Of a stretch of 64,000 nt of DNA, positions 9,556 to 22,243 are shown in pieces. This DNA is from Narcine bancroftii (taxonomy: Eukaryota), in the NCBI RefSeq assembly GCF_036971445.1, contig NC_091480.1:62372001-62436000 (forward strand), in the 5' to 3' direction. Within the stretch, counting starts at the first letter, position 1. Each line of letters starts with the position of its first letter. A program made the position numbers and the translations under genes. The notes beneath the pieces are model-generated. The model saw nothing but the letters and a program-made list of their open reading frames with translations. It searched no databases and was not told where the DNA came from.

Positions 9556-9936
9556 AGCTCTTTCACACTTGCCAGTGATCACAGGAATCAAACGCCAATC
9601 GGCCTTTAAAGTGGCAAATGAGAAAGCAAAATCTACTCAACACCGGCGTCCGGTGACATCATCTCACGCCGGGTATTGACGGCCTTGACCCCTAGTACAA
9701 TCCCCGGCATCTGCAGACACCAGCGTTGAGATCAAGCAAGTGTGAAACAGGCAATCGCTTCTCTTTTCCGATTAAAGGTAGAACAGACCAAACACCGGGG
9801 ATAGACCCTTGCAAGTGTGAAACCGTTCAGTGTCCCGGTTAGGAGTGGTCTGGTGTGAAAGGCCAAACCCCCCCCATTCCTATCCCAAGACACTGAATCC
9901 CAGGCCAATTTAGTAGGACGCAAGTGTGAAAGGGGC
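9556..9936. mobile_element. PIF/Harbinger-like non-autonomous element nested in a CR1 3' end
   Basis: Ends AGCTCTTTCACACTTGC and GCAAGTGTGAAAGGGGC, TAA on both sides, internal (CAA)GTGTGAAA repeats; flanks rejoin into a CR1 3' end (~9285-9970). Confidence 0.7.
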
Positions 9937-10099
9937 TAAAGATACACCCAACGACTTGCCCTTCACAACTGTATGTTTGTAATTTGCATTAACTGGTGGT
10001 TGGACTGTTGTAACTCAAACAGCAGTAACTGAGTTGAGTGTTTCCCTGTGGATCGAGACTATGCAGATACCGTCATCTGCTGGCCATTGGAGGTACTTC

Positions 10100-10955
10100 T
10101 GACCATCCACACAATCCGACGTAACCCACATACAGACAGACACACAATACATATGCAAGAGAAGTGTTATTCATCTATACAAATAAATCAATCAATACTG
10201 TTTCATGAACATGAGAGTCTTGGATGGTCAATGCGAGCAGTTCCTTTGGACGACAACGATCCCGGTCAATCACATCGATGGGGGAAGACTCCAGTGATCA
10301 ACTCTGCCACTCTATGGTCCTGCGGATTGACCTCCAATTCATTTCTCTGCAGCAACCATACCGCACTGTGATGTAGCTGGCCAGGATGATTTCGACAGAG
10401 CTCCTGTAAAGGTTGACATGATTGTGGCTGGTAGCCTTGTCTGCTTCAGTCTTGCCAGGAAGTGCAGTCGATGTTGTACCTTCCTGACAAGTGAGGAGAT
10501 GTTGGGTCACTAGTTAAGTGAACTCCAAGGAACTTGGTGTCTCCACTCACTCCACTACAGAGTTGTTGATGTGCAGTGGAAGGTGGTCGGTCCTGGTTCT
10601 CCTGAAGTCCACAATCATCTCCTTTGTCTTATCCACGTTGAGATGCAGGTTGTTACTCTTGCACCATATCATGAGATTTTCTATCTATTCTCTGTAGTGC
10701 GACTCATCGTTGCTGATGAGGCCAACGACTGTCATGTCATCTGCAAAGGTTGATGGCACTGTTGGACCTGGATCTGGCGATGCAGTCATGGGTTAGTAGT
10801 GTGAACAGGAACAGGCTGAGCACACAGCCCTGAGGTGCCCCGGTGTTCAGTGTAACAAAGCTCGACGTTCTACTACCAACCCGGACAGACTGTGGTCCAG
10901 AACCCAGTTACAGAGAGGTATGTTGATTCCCAGCAAGGACAGCTTCTCCACCAGA
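10100..10955 (-). mobile_element. Rex1/Babar-type LINE 3' fragment
   Basis: Minus strand carries RT remnants (ADD motif, TKEMIVDFR, LYRSSVEIILASYITV). Confidence 0.75.
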
Positions 10956-10984
10956 CATTAACTTAAGAGGTTCTTCCTGTCAAA

Positions 10985-11085
10985 TTCTCCCAAGGTGCTT
11001 TACAGCCTATGAAGTACAAGTAATACAGCATCTAGTTTGTGCACAGCAAGTCCACAGAAACAGCAATGTGATAATGACCAAGTTA
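10985..11085 (-). mobile_element. Old Deu-domain SINE fragment (SacSINE1/AmnSINE-like)
   Basis: Reverse complement reads ...TTGCTGTGCACAAA...TACTTCATAGGCTGTAAAGCACCTTGG, similar to Deu-SINE 3' regions; related pieces at ~11450-11640, 38870-39130, 44745-44940 and 54500-54625. Confidence 0.55.
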
Positions 11086-12599
11086 AACAGTAAAATCTGC
11101 AAATGCTTTGATGTAATGCAATACACAAAAGTGCTAGAGAAACTCAGCAGGTCATGCAGCTTCTATAAGAAGTAAAAGTTAATTAACGTTGGTCAGGTAA
11201 CCACCTTGTCCACCTAAGCTGCCACTTTCAAGTGGCACTTGCACCCCTAGGTCTCTTGTTTTGCAACAGGCTCCAGGTTCTACTGTTCACCATGCTTGTC
11301 CTGCTCTGGTTTGACTTATGAAACTTTAACAACTGTGGAAAGGCAAATTGATGTTTCTATTTAGGATTCTTCATCCAAACTAAATGTTGATAGTCTTAAT
11401 GTTGCCATGAATCACATGTTATCACAATTTCAATCAGTGATGATTTGATTAGTAGCACCCCTGCCTCTAAGACAGGAGCTGTGTATTCAAGTCACAACCA
11501 AGGAACTTTAGTGCAGCGTGCAATCTGGGCAGAGATTCCTGTGTGCAGGAGTGAGTGCGTCAAAGGGCCAGTGCTGAGGTGGTAACTCAGCTACTCTCAG
11601 CAGATATTGTTGTCCCTTGATTCCTTCAAATTATATTCAATGAAAGGGTTCCTGAGTCATCAGAAGATAGTGATGAGGAAGTTTGGTTGACTTTGTTTCA
11701 TCTGAATACAGCAGGTTCTCATGTTCTCCACTTTTGGTGGGTCAAACCTGAAGCTGGACGGATAGGAGATCTGACTAAGTATGGCGAGATCAAGCCTCTG
11801 TTGGAAGAGGATTTGGCAGGGTTCTTTGTGCTGTGACTCCTTTCAACATCTCATCTGAATGATGGCATCGGCGACGCTGTGTTGCTCTCTCAGGGAGCAT
11901 CAGCCTAGCTTAAGGGTCCAGGGTGGAACTCAAACCGACAACTACCCTGGCACGGACATCCTTCATCTTGACAAGTGCAGAGGCTCCAAACAAAACTTTA
12001 TTTATGTGAAGAGTGGGCTGGGGTGTTTGCTGCTGCATTCCTATCAAATATAGTTCGGGGATTTGGCAATTCATTGCCAATGCCTTGAATACCTGGCAAA
12101 GGGACACGGTTTCCATCCAACAGCTGAATATGTCTCGTTTATCCCATCTTCACACCTGCTAGTGTTGAATTATTACATTATTTTTCATATAGTTTGCAAC
12201 TTCAGACAATGTTTTCCACCATCAACAGAGTGTCTGTCTGGAGCAGACTGGCAGTTCTTTTCGCGGAGTTACAGAGAGGCAGGCGGAGACCATTTGACAC
12301 CTTGGGCTTGTCCCACCATTTAGTTTGACAACAGTTGATCTGTAACTCAACCTTGTTTTTGTGAATTTACTCTGTATCCCTTGATGTCCTCACCCAGTTT
12401 TGGCATTTCAGTGATACCCAAGTTATTGCAACTATTTGGCACTGTATGATTCTGTGACTCTAATCAAAAGGGGTGACACACTAGTGCAACTCTCATATGA
12501 AACCTTGTTTTCTTGTTGCTAACATGCCTAATATGTTTCCTTTTGAAACTTGCAGTAGCTACTTACAACTCAATCTGTTCAGAAGGGACACGTCAGCCA

Positions 12600-13260
12600 T
12601 GAATACCAGGTTCCTTGAAGTTCTCTTAACTAGTGACCTATCGTGGACACTCAACATCTCCTCACTTGTAAGGAAGGCGACTGCACTTCCTGAGAAGACT
12701 GAAATGGACAAGGCTATCAGTTCTACAGGAGCTCTATCGAGAGCATCCTGGCTAGCTGCATCACAGTATGGGTATGATGGCTGCAGAGAAATTGATCATA
12801 GGTCAATCCACAGGACCATAAGAGCAGCAGAGAGGATCACTGGAGACTCCCTTCCCTCCATCGATGTGATCTACTGGGATCGTTGTCTGAAGAGAGCATG
12901 CAAAATCATTGAGGATCCTTTCCACCCCACATGCAGCATCTTTCAGCTGCCCACGTCAGGAAAGAGTATCAGAGCCAGCACCACCAGGCTGAGGAACAGC
13001 TTCTTCCCACGAGCAGTGAGAATGTGAATGACCAAAGGAACTGCTCGCACTGGCCACCTGAGACTCTCATATTCATGAAACTATGTCTATTTGTTTATTT
13101 TATTTGTATATATGAATGAATACTTGCCTGCATGTGTATTGTTTGTCTGTATGTGTTATGTCTGGTTGTGTGTCTGCGTGTTTTGCACTGAGGACCGGAG
13201 AACACTGCTTTGTTGGGTTATACTTGTACAATCAGATGACAATAAACTTGACTTGACATT
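12600..13260 (+). mobile_element. Rex1/Babar-type LINE 3' fragment
   Basis: ORF 12497..13027 has DLSWT..LVRKA..IIEDPFHP..TTRLRNSFFPRAVR; tail AATAAACTTGACTTGA. Confidence 0.8.
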
Positions 13261-13334
13261 GGAGACCTGCAAAAGAGAGGCTAAACGGAATGCCAGGTTT
13301 CCTCTCCTAAAGGGCACTTGCGACAATCCACAAG

Positions 13335-14305
13335 TATCAGATTTCAGCTTTATTGTCAGAGTGTCATTGTCATGATATTATCATTGTCATGATATCACAT
13401 ATAACCCTGAGATTCTTATTCCCGCAGGCCAGGAAGAATTACCATTAATTGGTAGTGTACACTGTAAAAACTGTACACATTGTGAAGATGTAAACAAATA
13501 AAGAAATGTAAACAAACTGATTGTGCAATATGTAAAAAATAAAAAAGAAAATTAACGAAGTGCACAAGTCAGAGTCCTTAAATGAGTCCCTGATTGAGTT
13601 TGTCATTGAGGGGTCTGATGGTGGAGGGGGAGCAGCTGTTCCTGAACTGCTGATGCGAGTCTTGTGGCACCTACACCTCTTTCCTGATGGCAGCAGCGAG
13701 AACAGAGCATGTTCCGCATACCTTCCGCAGTTAGTGTGGACCCTTGATAGTTGCTGCTCCCCTCCGACGGCAGCGTTCTCTGTAGATGTTCTCAATGGTG
13801 GGGAGGGTTTTACCTGTGATATCCTGGGCTGTGCCCACTACCTTTTGGAGGGCTTTAGGCTCCCCATAACAGACTGTGATGCAGCCGGTCAGCACACTTT
13901 CCACCACACCTCTGTAGAAATTTGCCAGGGTTTCTGATGTCATAACAAACCTCCACAAACTCCTGACAAAATAGAGGCACTGATGTGCTTTCTTCACAAT
14001 GCCATTGGTGTGCTTTGTCCAGGAAAGATCCTCGGAGACAGTGACTCCCAAGAACTTAAATTCGCTCCCCCTCTCCACTTCTGATCTCCCAATGATTGTT
14101 GAATCATACACCTCTGGCTTTCCATTCCTGAAGTCAACCATCAGCTCCTTGGTTTTGGTAACATTGAGTGTGAGGTTGTTGTTGGTGCACCATTCAGCCA
14201 AGTTTTCAATCTCCCTCCTGTACGCTGACTCATCCCCTTCCTTTATAAAATCCACTACTGTGGTATGTTCGGCAAATTTGTAGATGGTGTTATTGTCGTA
14301 ACATA
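13335..14305 (-). mobile_element. Rex1/Babar-type LINE 3' fragment
   Basis: ORF 13731..14351 has IYKFAEHTTVV..WCTNNNLTLNVTKTKELMVDFR..FKFLGV..FYRGVVESVLTGCITV. Confidence 0.85.
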
Positions 14306-15019
14306 TCCATAGCCAACCCCTGACCCAGTCCATGAGTTTATTCAGTGTCATAACTTGAGACAGAATTTGAACTTGCTGTCTGGTTCTGTGATGAGAATGC
14401 TGGGTATTAGGTGGCCCAATTGAACTTTGAACAATAGTAAAAATTTAAATGACCACAAATGCAAGGCAGAAAATTAGATCATAAATATTAAAGAACTGAT
14501 AAATAAATATTTGCAGTTTCAGTTAGTGGAAGAATTTTTTTTAAAGTGATGTTTCAGTAATCCAGACAGATGATTTTATGGTCAGGGTTAGGTTCGTATG
14601 GGGAGGTTCAAGAGCCTGATAGCTTGTTGAATGAAGCTGTTCTGGAACCTGGAGGTGCCAGAGTTTAGGGTTCTGTGCCTTCTTCCCGAAGGGAGCTGTG
14701 AGGAGAGGTGGTGATGGGGCTTCTTTATGACATTAGCTGCCCTCTTGAGGCACTGCCTTGTGTCGATGTCTGCAATGTATGGGAGGTCGGAGCCTGGCTA
14801 TGTTTGTTACCTTCTGCAGCCTTCTATGTTCCTGGGCACAAAAATTTCCAAACCAGGCAATCAGTCAATATACCTTCCACAGTGTACCTGTAGATATTCA
14901 TTAAGATGCCAAATCTTCTCAGACTTGGAAAGTAGGAACATTAGTGTGCCTTCTTCATGTTTGCTTCAATGTGCTATCCCAAGGAGAGGTCCTCCAATAT
15001 GTGAACTTGAAGGTACTTA

Positions 15020-18000
15020 CCCTCAGGAGGCAGTCACACCCTTTAGAATAGCTGCCTCAAATTTGGCCTGAGGTCAGGGACAAGAGGGGGTGACTGCGAG
15101 TGAGGCAGGTAGTGGGATCCAAGAGACAGTGATGGAGGAGCCTCAGCCCTTGATCTTATCTGACAAGTCTGAGATTTTTACTCCTTGTGTGGAGACGGGA
15201 GTAATTTATCCAATATCATGCAGACCACCATTATCAAAGTCTTTGTGACTGCACTTAAAGTTAGACATGATAAGTCGAAGCAGTCTTCGGAGGCTGGAGG
15301 AAGAATGAGCAACCTACTTGGCATCGTGGTTCAGGAAGCCATTCAAGGGGTGGGGGGGGGAGGAGAAGAGAAATGTTGTGGTAATCGGGAATAGTATAGT
15401 TAAGGGAATAGACAACATTCTCTGTTGCAAAGATAGAGCATCCCAAAGGCTGTGTTGCCAGCCTGGTGCCCAAATTCGGGACATCTTATCTGACCTGCAG
15501 AGGAATTTGCAGTGGGAGGGAAAAGATCCAGTTTTGTGGTCTGTGTGGGTACCAATGACGTAGGTAGAACCAGGAAAGAGGTTCTGCTAAGGGAATTTGA
15601 GGAGCTAGAGACTAAATTAAAAAGCAGGATCATGTGCAAATTGGCAAGATTAGAGAGTTAAATGCATGGCTCAGGGATTGGTGTGGGAGAAGTGGATTCC
15701 AATTCATGGGAAATTGGCACCAGTATTGGGGAAGGAAGGAACTGTGCAAAGGGGATGGGCTCCATCAGAATTGTGATGGGACTAGGATCCTGGTGAATCG
15801 CATAACTAGGACTATGGACAGGGCTTTAAACTAAATAGTAGAGGGGTGGGTTCAACAGATTGGAGAGGGATGGATAAAGTAAAAGAGAAGAATGTGGATA
15901 AAGCAAATGTTAAAAAGGAGAAGTAAGAGTAGAGGGGATAAAAGTCGAGTGCAAAAGAGGCAAAGACGACCAGATTTTAAAAGCACAATGAGGATAAGGG
16001 CACTTTATCTGAATACCCGTAGTATTCGAACCAAGGTCAGTGAACTTGTGGCACAAATCAGTACAAAGGGGGATGATTTAGCAGCCATTACAGGGTGGAG
16101 AGTATTGGGAATTAAATATCCAAGGATACAGGTAATAATGAAGGACAGGCAGAAAGGTAAGGGAGGTGGGGTAGTGCTTTTCGTTAAAGGATGAGATCAG
16201 GGCAATAGTAAGAGATGATGTAAGATCTAAAGAGCAAAATGTTGAATCCATCTGGGTAGATTTTTAAATTTAGACATCAGCATGTATTTGGCCCTTTCAG
16301 CCCATGAGCCCATGCTGCCCAATACACCCAATTGACCTACAACCCCCAGTACATTTTTGAATGGTGGGAGGAAAGCGGAGCACCTGGAGGAAACCCACGT
16401 AGACATGGGAGAACGTACAAACTCCTTACGGAGAGCGTTGGATTCGAAACCGATCCTGGTTGCTGGGGCTGTAACACTGTGGCGCTAACTGCTACGCTAA
16501 CCATGCTGCTGAGAGATTAGGAATAGTAAAGGGAAAAAAAATCACTGGTGGAGTTGTCTATAGGCCACCCAATAATAACATTACAGTGGCACAGGTAATA
16601 AACCAATAAATATCAAAGGCATGAAAGGATGGAACAACAGTCATTGTGGGGGACTTTAATGTGCACACAGACTGGGTGAATCAGGTTAGTCGAGGAGGAC
16701 TTCATAGAATGAATACATGATAATTTTCTTGAGCAGTGATACTGAACCTACAAGGGAACATGCTATCTTGAATCTGGTCCTGTGCAATCAGTTGGGTACA
16801 ATGAGCAATCTTGTTGTTAGGGATTCTCTTGGAAAGAGTGATCACAGTATAACTGAGTTTCTCATACAAACAGAGGGGACAATAGTTTGGTGTAAAACCA
16901 GTGAGTTTTGCCTAAACAAGAGGGTGAGGGAGGAGTTGGCCAGGGTGGACTGGGAACACAGGATATGAAGGGACAGTTGAGGAACAGTGGAGGACTTTCA
17001 AAGAGATTTTCACAGTGCTCATCGAAAGTACATTCCAGTTAACAGCAAGGACAGTCAGGGTGGGGACAGCCAGCCTTGGATAACTAAGGACATCAAATGA
17101 AAAGCTCGTGTGCACAAAGTCACCAAGAGCAGTGGGAAACCAGAAGATTGGGAAAACTTTAAAAAGCAACAAAGAACCACGAACCGAGCAATAAGGAGGG
17201 AAGGTAGATTGTGAGAAAAGATTAGCACAAAATATAAAAATAGAGAGTAAAAGTGTTTACAATTATGTAGAGCAGAAAAGGGTGGCTAAAGTGAAGGTTG
17301 GTCCCTTGGAAGATGAGAAGGGGGAATTGATATTGGTTAATGAGGAAGTGGCTGAGGCCTTGAATGACTATTTTGTGTCGGTCTTCACGGTGGAGGACAC
17401 GTCAAACACACCAAAGACAGATGTTATGGATGTGATGGGAGGGGAGGACCTGGATTTAGTAGCTATCACTAAAGAGGTAGTATTGAGCAAACTTGAGGGT
17501 CTAAAGATAGACAAGGCCCCTGGTCCTGATGCAATGCATCCCAGGGAACTGAAAGAAATGGCTGAAGTTATAGTCGAGGCTTTGGTAATTTACCAAAATT
17601 CTCTGGATTCTGGGCAGATCCCAGTGGATTAAAAGATGACAAATGTCACACCACTATTCAAAAAAAGGATGTAGGTGAAAGGAAAGGCAGGGAACTGTAG
17701 GCCAGTTAGTTCAATGTCTGTAGTTGGGAAAATGCTTTAGCTATCATTAAAGAAGAAACAGCAAAGCATCTGGAGTGAAGTGGATCCATCAGGTAAACGC
17801 AACACAGATTCAGCCAAGGCAGGTCCTATTTGACAAATTTACTGGAGTTCTTTGAGGATATAATGAACGTGGTCGATAGAGGGGAGCAGATAGATGTAGT
17901 TTATCTGGATTTCCAGAAAGCGTTCGATAAGGTGCTGCCTAAATGTTATGCATAAAATAAGAATGTATAGAGTTGGGGGAGATGTATTAGCATGGATAGA

Positions 18001-18905
18001 GGATTAATTAACTAATATAGAAAGCAGAGAGTTGAGATACAGGGATGTTTTTCTGGTTGGCAATCAGTGGGGTGTGGGGTTAATGGTGGGCCCGCAACTG
18101 TTCAGGATATACATTAATAATCTGGAAAAGGGGACAGAGTGTAGTGGATATGTTTGCTGATGACACAAAATTGAGTTGAAAAGGAAATTGTGCAGAGGAT
18201 ATGGAGAGTCTGCAGAGAGATATAGACAGGTTAAGTGAGTGGGCAGAGGTCTGGCAGATGGAGCACACTGTTAGTTAATGGAAGGAAAAGTGGAAGATGA
18301 GATGATGATTTAAACGGCAAGTGAATGCAGCAGCTGCCATGTGGAAGGACCTGGGAGGGTTTGTGCATGAATCACAAAAGGTTGGTTTGCAGGTGCAGCA
18401 GGCGATCAGGAAGGCAAATGGAACGTTGGCCTTCATTGCTGGAGGGATTGAATTTAGGAGCAGGGAGGTTATGCTGCAACTGTACAAGGTAGTGGTTAGG
18501 CCGCATGTGGAGTATTGTGTGCAGTTCTGGTCTCCTTACTTGAGGAAGGATGTGCCGGCTTTGGAAGGGGTGCAGAGGAGTTCATCAGGTTGATTCCAGA
18601 GATGAGGGGATTAGCCTATGAGAAGAGATTGAGTCATCTGGGACTGGACTCACTGGAATTTAGAAGAATGATAGAGAAGCTTATAGAAATGTATAAAATT
18701 ATGAAAGACATAAATAAGATTGAAGTCGGTAAGTTGTTCCCATTGGTGGGGGAGACCAGAATTAGGGGACATACCCTCTAGATTCAGGGGAGTAGATTTA
18801 GGACAGAGATGAGGAGGAACTGTTTATCCCAGAGGGTGGTGAATCTGTGGAATTCGCTGCCAATGAAGCAGTGGAGGTGACCTCAGTGAATATATTTAAG
18901 TATTT
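15020..18905 (+). mobile_element. Long degenerate CR1 LINE (ORF1 esterase remnant plus ORF2 EN/RT)
   Basis: VVVIGNSIVKGID (SGNH-like ORF1), YLNTRSIR (EN), KAPGPD..HPRELKE, YLDFQKAFDKV and LYKVVVRPHVEYCVQFWSP; many stops and frameshifts. Confidence 0.9.
16262..16508 (-). mobile_element. V-SINE-like element nested in CR1
   Basis: Same family as 3175-3420; interrupts the CR1 endonuclease region. Confidence 0.85.
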
Positions 18906-20140
18906 GTCAATTGAGTTGGAATTGAACTTGGCTACACAGTAATGGGTGTAAAAGGAAAAGAGCAGGGATTAAGCTCACAGACTTGGGGAACCCCTGTGCT
19001 GATAGTCAGTGAGGAGGAGGTGATGTTGCCGATCCACACTAATTGGGGTCTGGTAATAAGGAAGTCAAGGATCCAGTTGCAGAGAGAAAGACAGAGTCTG
19101 AGATCAAGTCAGGACTGTTGGCGTTGCAGCTATTACCGTACCAGAAACCCGGGGTCAAATCTGCTGCTGTCTATAAGGAGTTTTTACATTCTCCCCATAG
19201 CCTGCATGGATTTCCTCTCACCCTTCACAATGTATGGGGTTGGTAGGGTAATAGGGTGGCCTGGGTTTCAATGGGTAGAATAGGCTTCTACCCCGCTGTA
19301 TCGATAAAATAAATGTTAAAACTTCCCCGAGTCTGATTAGAAGTTTTGCTGGTATGATGGTGTTGAATGGCGACGTCAGTGTTCCTATGGTCCAGGTGAT
19401 CTAATGCCGAGTGGAAGGCCAGCGAGATGGTGTCTGCCCTTGCCTTTAAGAATAGGTGAATTGGAGTGGGTCCAGGTCCTTCCTGACACAGGAGCTGATT
19501 TGCTCCATCACCAACCCATCAGAGCACTTCATCACAGTAGAGGTAAGTGCCACTGGCTGATAAGTCGTTGAGGCAGGTCACCTTGCTTTTCTTGGGCACT
19601 GGAATAATGGGTGTCCTTTTGAGGAGGATGGGCACCTCTGACTGTTGTAGCAAGAGGTTAAAGATGCCCTTAAAAATCTCCCACCAGTTGGTTCACACAG
19701 GTTTTAAGCCAAGTACACCACCTGATGCTCTCCGAGGATTCACCCTCCTGAAGGTTATGTTCATCCGGGGGCTGTGCAAACTCGCAAGGGTCATTATTGT
19801 TTTCCCTTTCGAAGCGAGCAAAGAATGCATTGAGCTCATCTGGGAGAGATTAATCACAGTTAATGATATGACATTGTTTCACCTGTTGGATGTGATGGCG
19901 TGCAAGTCCTGCCGCAGTTATTTGAGACTCCAGCTTAGTCCGGAACTGTCTCTTTGTGTTGGTGGTGGCTTCCGGAGGCTGTACCTGGTCTTACTGTATG
20001 TTTCTCAATCCCCAGTCTGAAATGTTAAATGTTACAGATCTGGTTTTCAGTAGTTTATGGATCTCTTGGTTCATCCATGGATTCTGGTTAGGGTACACCC
20101 GGAAAGTTGGGACGAACACACTCTCTCACGGATTTCCTAA
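18905..20140 (-). mobile_element. Rex1/Babar-type LINE fragment containing a plus-strand V-SINE (~19115-19310)
   Basis: Minus-strand RT remnants (PVALTS.VMKC, LDPLQF, WILDFL); V-domain GGAGTTTTTACATTCTCCCC near 19177. Confidence 0.7.
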
Positions 20141-20774
20141 ATCCTATTTAGTTCTGATGTTTAGGAGGCAGCAGTGACTTCCAGGAAAGCCATTCAACCT
20201 GGCTTTTCTTCTGGAATATGGTGATAATATTTTAAGAGTAATTTTCAATGAGTCAGTCTTTTTTTCCATGTATTTAATCATTTTAGTGAAGGAATGGGCC
20301 TACCATCTGGAGTTATTCAGATGTGGTTCTCTTGTCAAGAATGCAGAAGTAGGTCTGGAATACATTGTGACAGGATACATATTTTTTTTATTATTATGCA
20401 ATTACTTATCCCAAGTTGGTTTTTACTGGTTTTCTTCTCGACATAACTCTGACATTGCAGTGTGCTGGCACTCCAACCACAGACTGCCTGATCTCCTGCC
20501 TTTCAGTCCTTGATTCAGACATTCTTCGGGTGGCTCCTGCAAAGATGCACTGGCATAGACTTGGGACCAGGTACTGCAGTCGATCAAAGCCAAGTATCTG
20601 CCAAACTCCAACCTCCGCTGCCCATAAGGAACAGGAGCAGGGCATCGTGAGAAAGAGTGTGAGGAGGTGTGCACTGAAATAGGGTTAATGGTAAACTCGC
20701 AGAGTTAAAATCATTTATGTCATAAGATATGGGTGATTACACCACTCTCCTCACCTCTCTTCTGAGGTCATTAA

Positions 20775-21305
20775 TCAGAATCAGAATTTATTGTCATGAA
20801 CATGTCACGAAATTCGTTGTTTTGCAACAGCGTCACAGTTCAAACATTTACATAAACCACCTTACAAAATAAATAAAAATAGTGCAAGAAAAAGTCAAAG
20901 TGAGGCATTGTTCATTCTGATGGCGGAGGGGAAGAAGCTGTCCTTGTGCTGCTGAGTGCTGGTCTTTAGGCTCCTGTACCTTTTTTCCCATGGTAGCAGA
21001 ATGAAGAGGGCGTGGCCTGGGTGTGGGGATCTTTGAGGATAGAGGCTGCTTTCTTAAGACACCGCCTCTTGTAGATGTCCTCAATGGAGTGAAGACTGGT
21101 ACCTGTGATGTCACAAGCCATTAACAACCCTCTGGAGTTTTTTCTCGTCCTGAGCGTTGACACCTCTGTACCAGACAGTGATGCAACCAGCCAGAATGCT
21201 CTCCATGGAATACCTATAGAAGTTTTTGAGAGTCTTTGGTGACATACCGAATCTCTCAAACTCCTCATGAAGTACAGCCACTGACGAGCCTTCTTCGTGA
21301 TTGCA
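20775..21305 (-). mobile_element. Rex1/Babar-type LINE 3' end
   Basis: DITGTSLHSIEDIYKRRCLKKAASILKDPH; tail AATAAATTCTGATTCTGATT on the minus strand. Confidence 0.85.
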
Positions 21306-22243
21306 TTAAAACACTAGGGGCATGGTAAATTGCTCCTCAATGCAAGTAACTGGAAGAACACCAAAATGGAGGAGTTGTGGACAAGAGAGAATCAGTCGTA
21401 GGGGGTTAGGTGCAAAGGGAAGAGGAATGATTGCCAACATGATGCAATACGTCAAATGGCAGCCTCCTGTACTGTAAAGGTAAGTAAGGTGCTGAATCTA
21501 GGAACAGGCAGCAAGCCTGTTGTGGACTCTGATCTTTATGGAGGTGTCTTCTTACTGTCAGTGGGGAATTTGATAGTCCTGTGCATCCTTACATCTATGG
21601 TATGGCATCAAGCAACTCATCACTGCAGCAAGGAGCGACCCTGGTGAATCAACCCTCTCATTCTGTTTGTCACCAACTCCAAAGTCCATGAAACTGCCTG
21701 CTTACAACATGCATTTAACTAATGCAGCAGAAATTCAGTCCTGCGTGTCTTTTGCTTACCCCCATGGTTGGAAACGTGGAATTAATTGTTTAATGCCATG
21801 GTTCCCTTGAAATGGGTTGCAAAAAATATGGGTCCCCCTGCATGGAAGTTAAAATTCAGCCCAAAGTGTGGAGCGGCTGGGTGCTGGTTTGGAAACCTTC
21901 AGGGGTGAACTTGGTCAACAATAGTTGTGGCAGCAAAAAGGCCGACTGCTTTACACCAAGCCTGATTTCTGTCTGCTTTGAAAGCAATTGGTACAGTTTA
22001 ATATCAGATGCTGAGTTAGTATTAGCCATTTTGCAGAAGCCTGAAGTCCAGCAGCTCTGGGCTATCCCTGCTCTTCTCAGACTGCTTCGTATGTGCGAAC
22101 GTGGAGAGCAGATTTATAAAGGAAAGGTTGATGATTTTGCCAGATCCAGCATGCTGAGAAAACCTATTGAGGGGGAGTAAGCAGAACCTTGCTGTTTTCT
22201 TGATCATGTCCTGCAGTGCTAATGGTTTGTAGAAAGATTTGCA

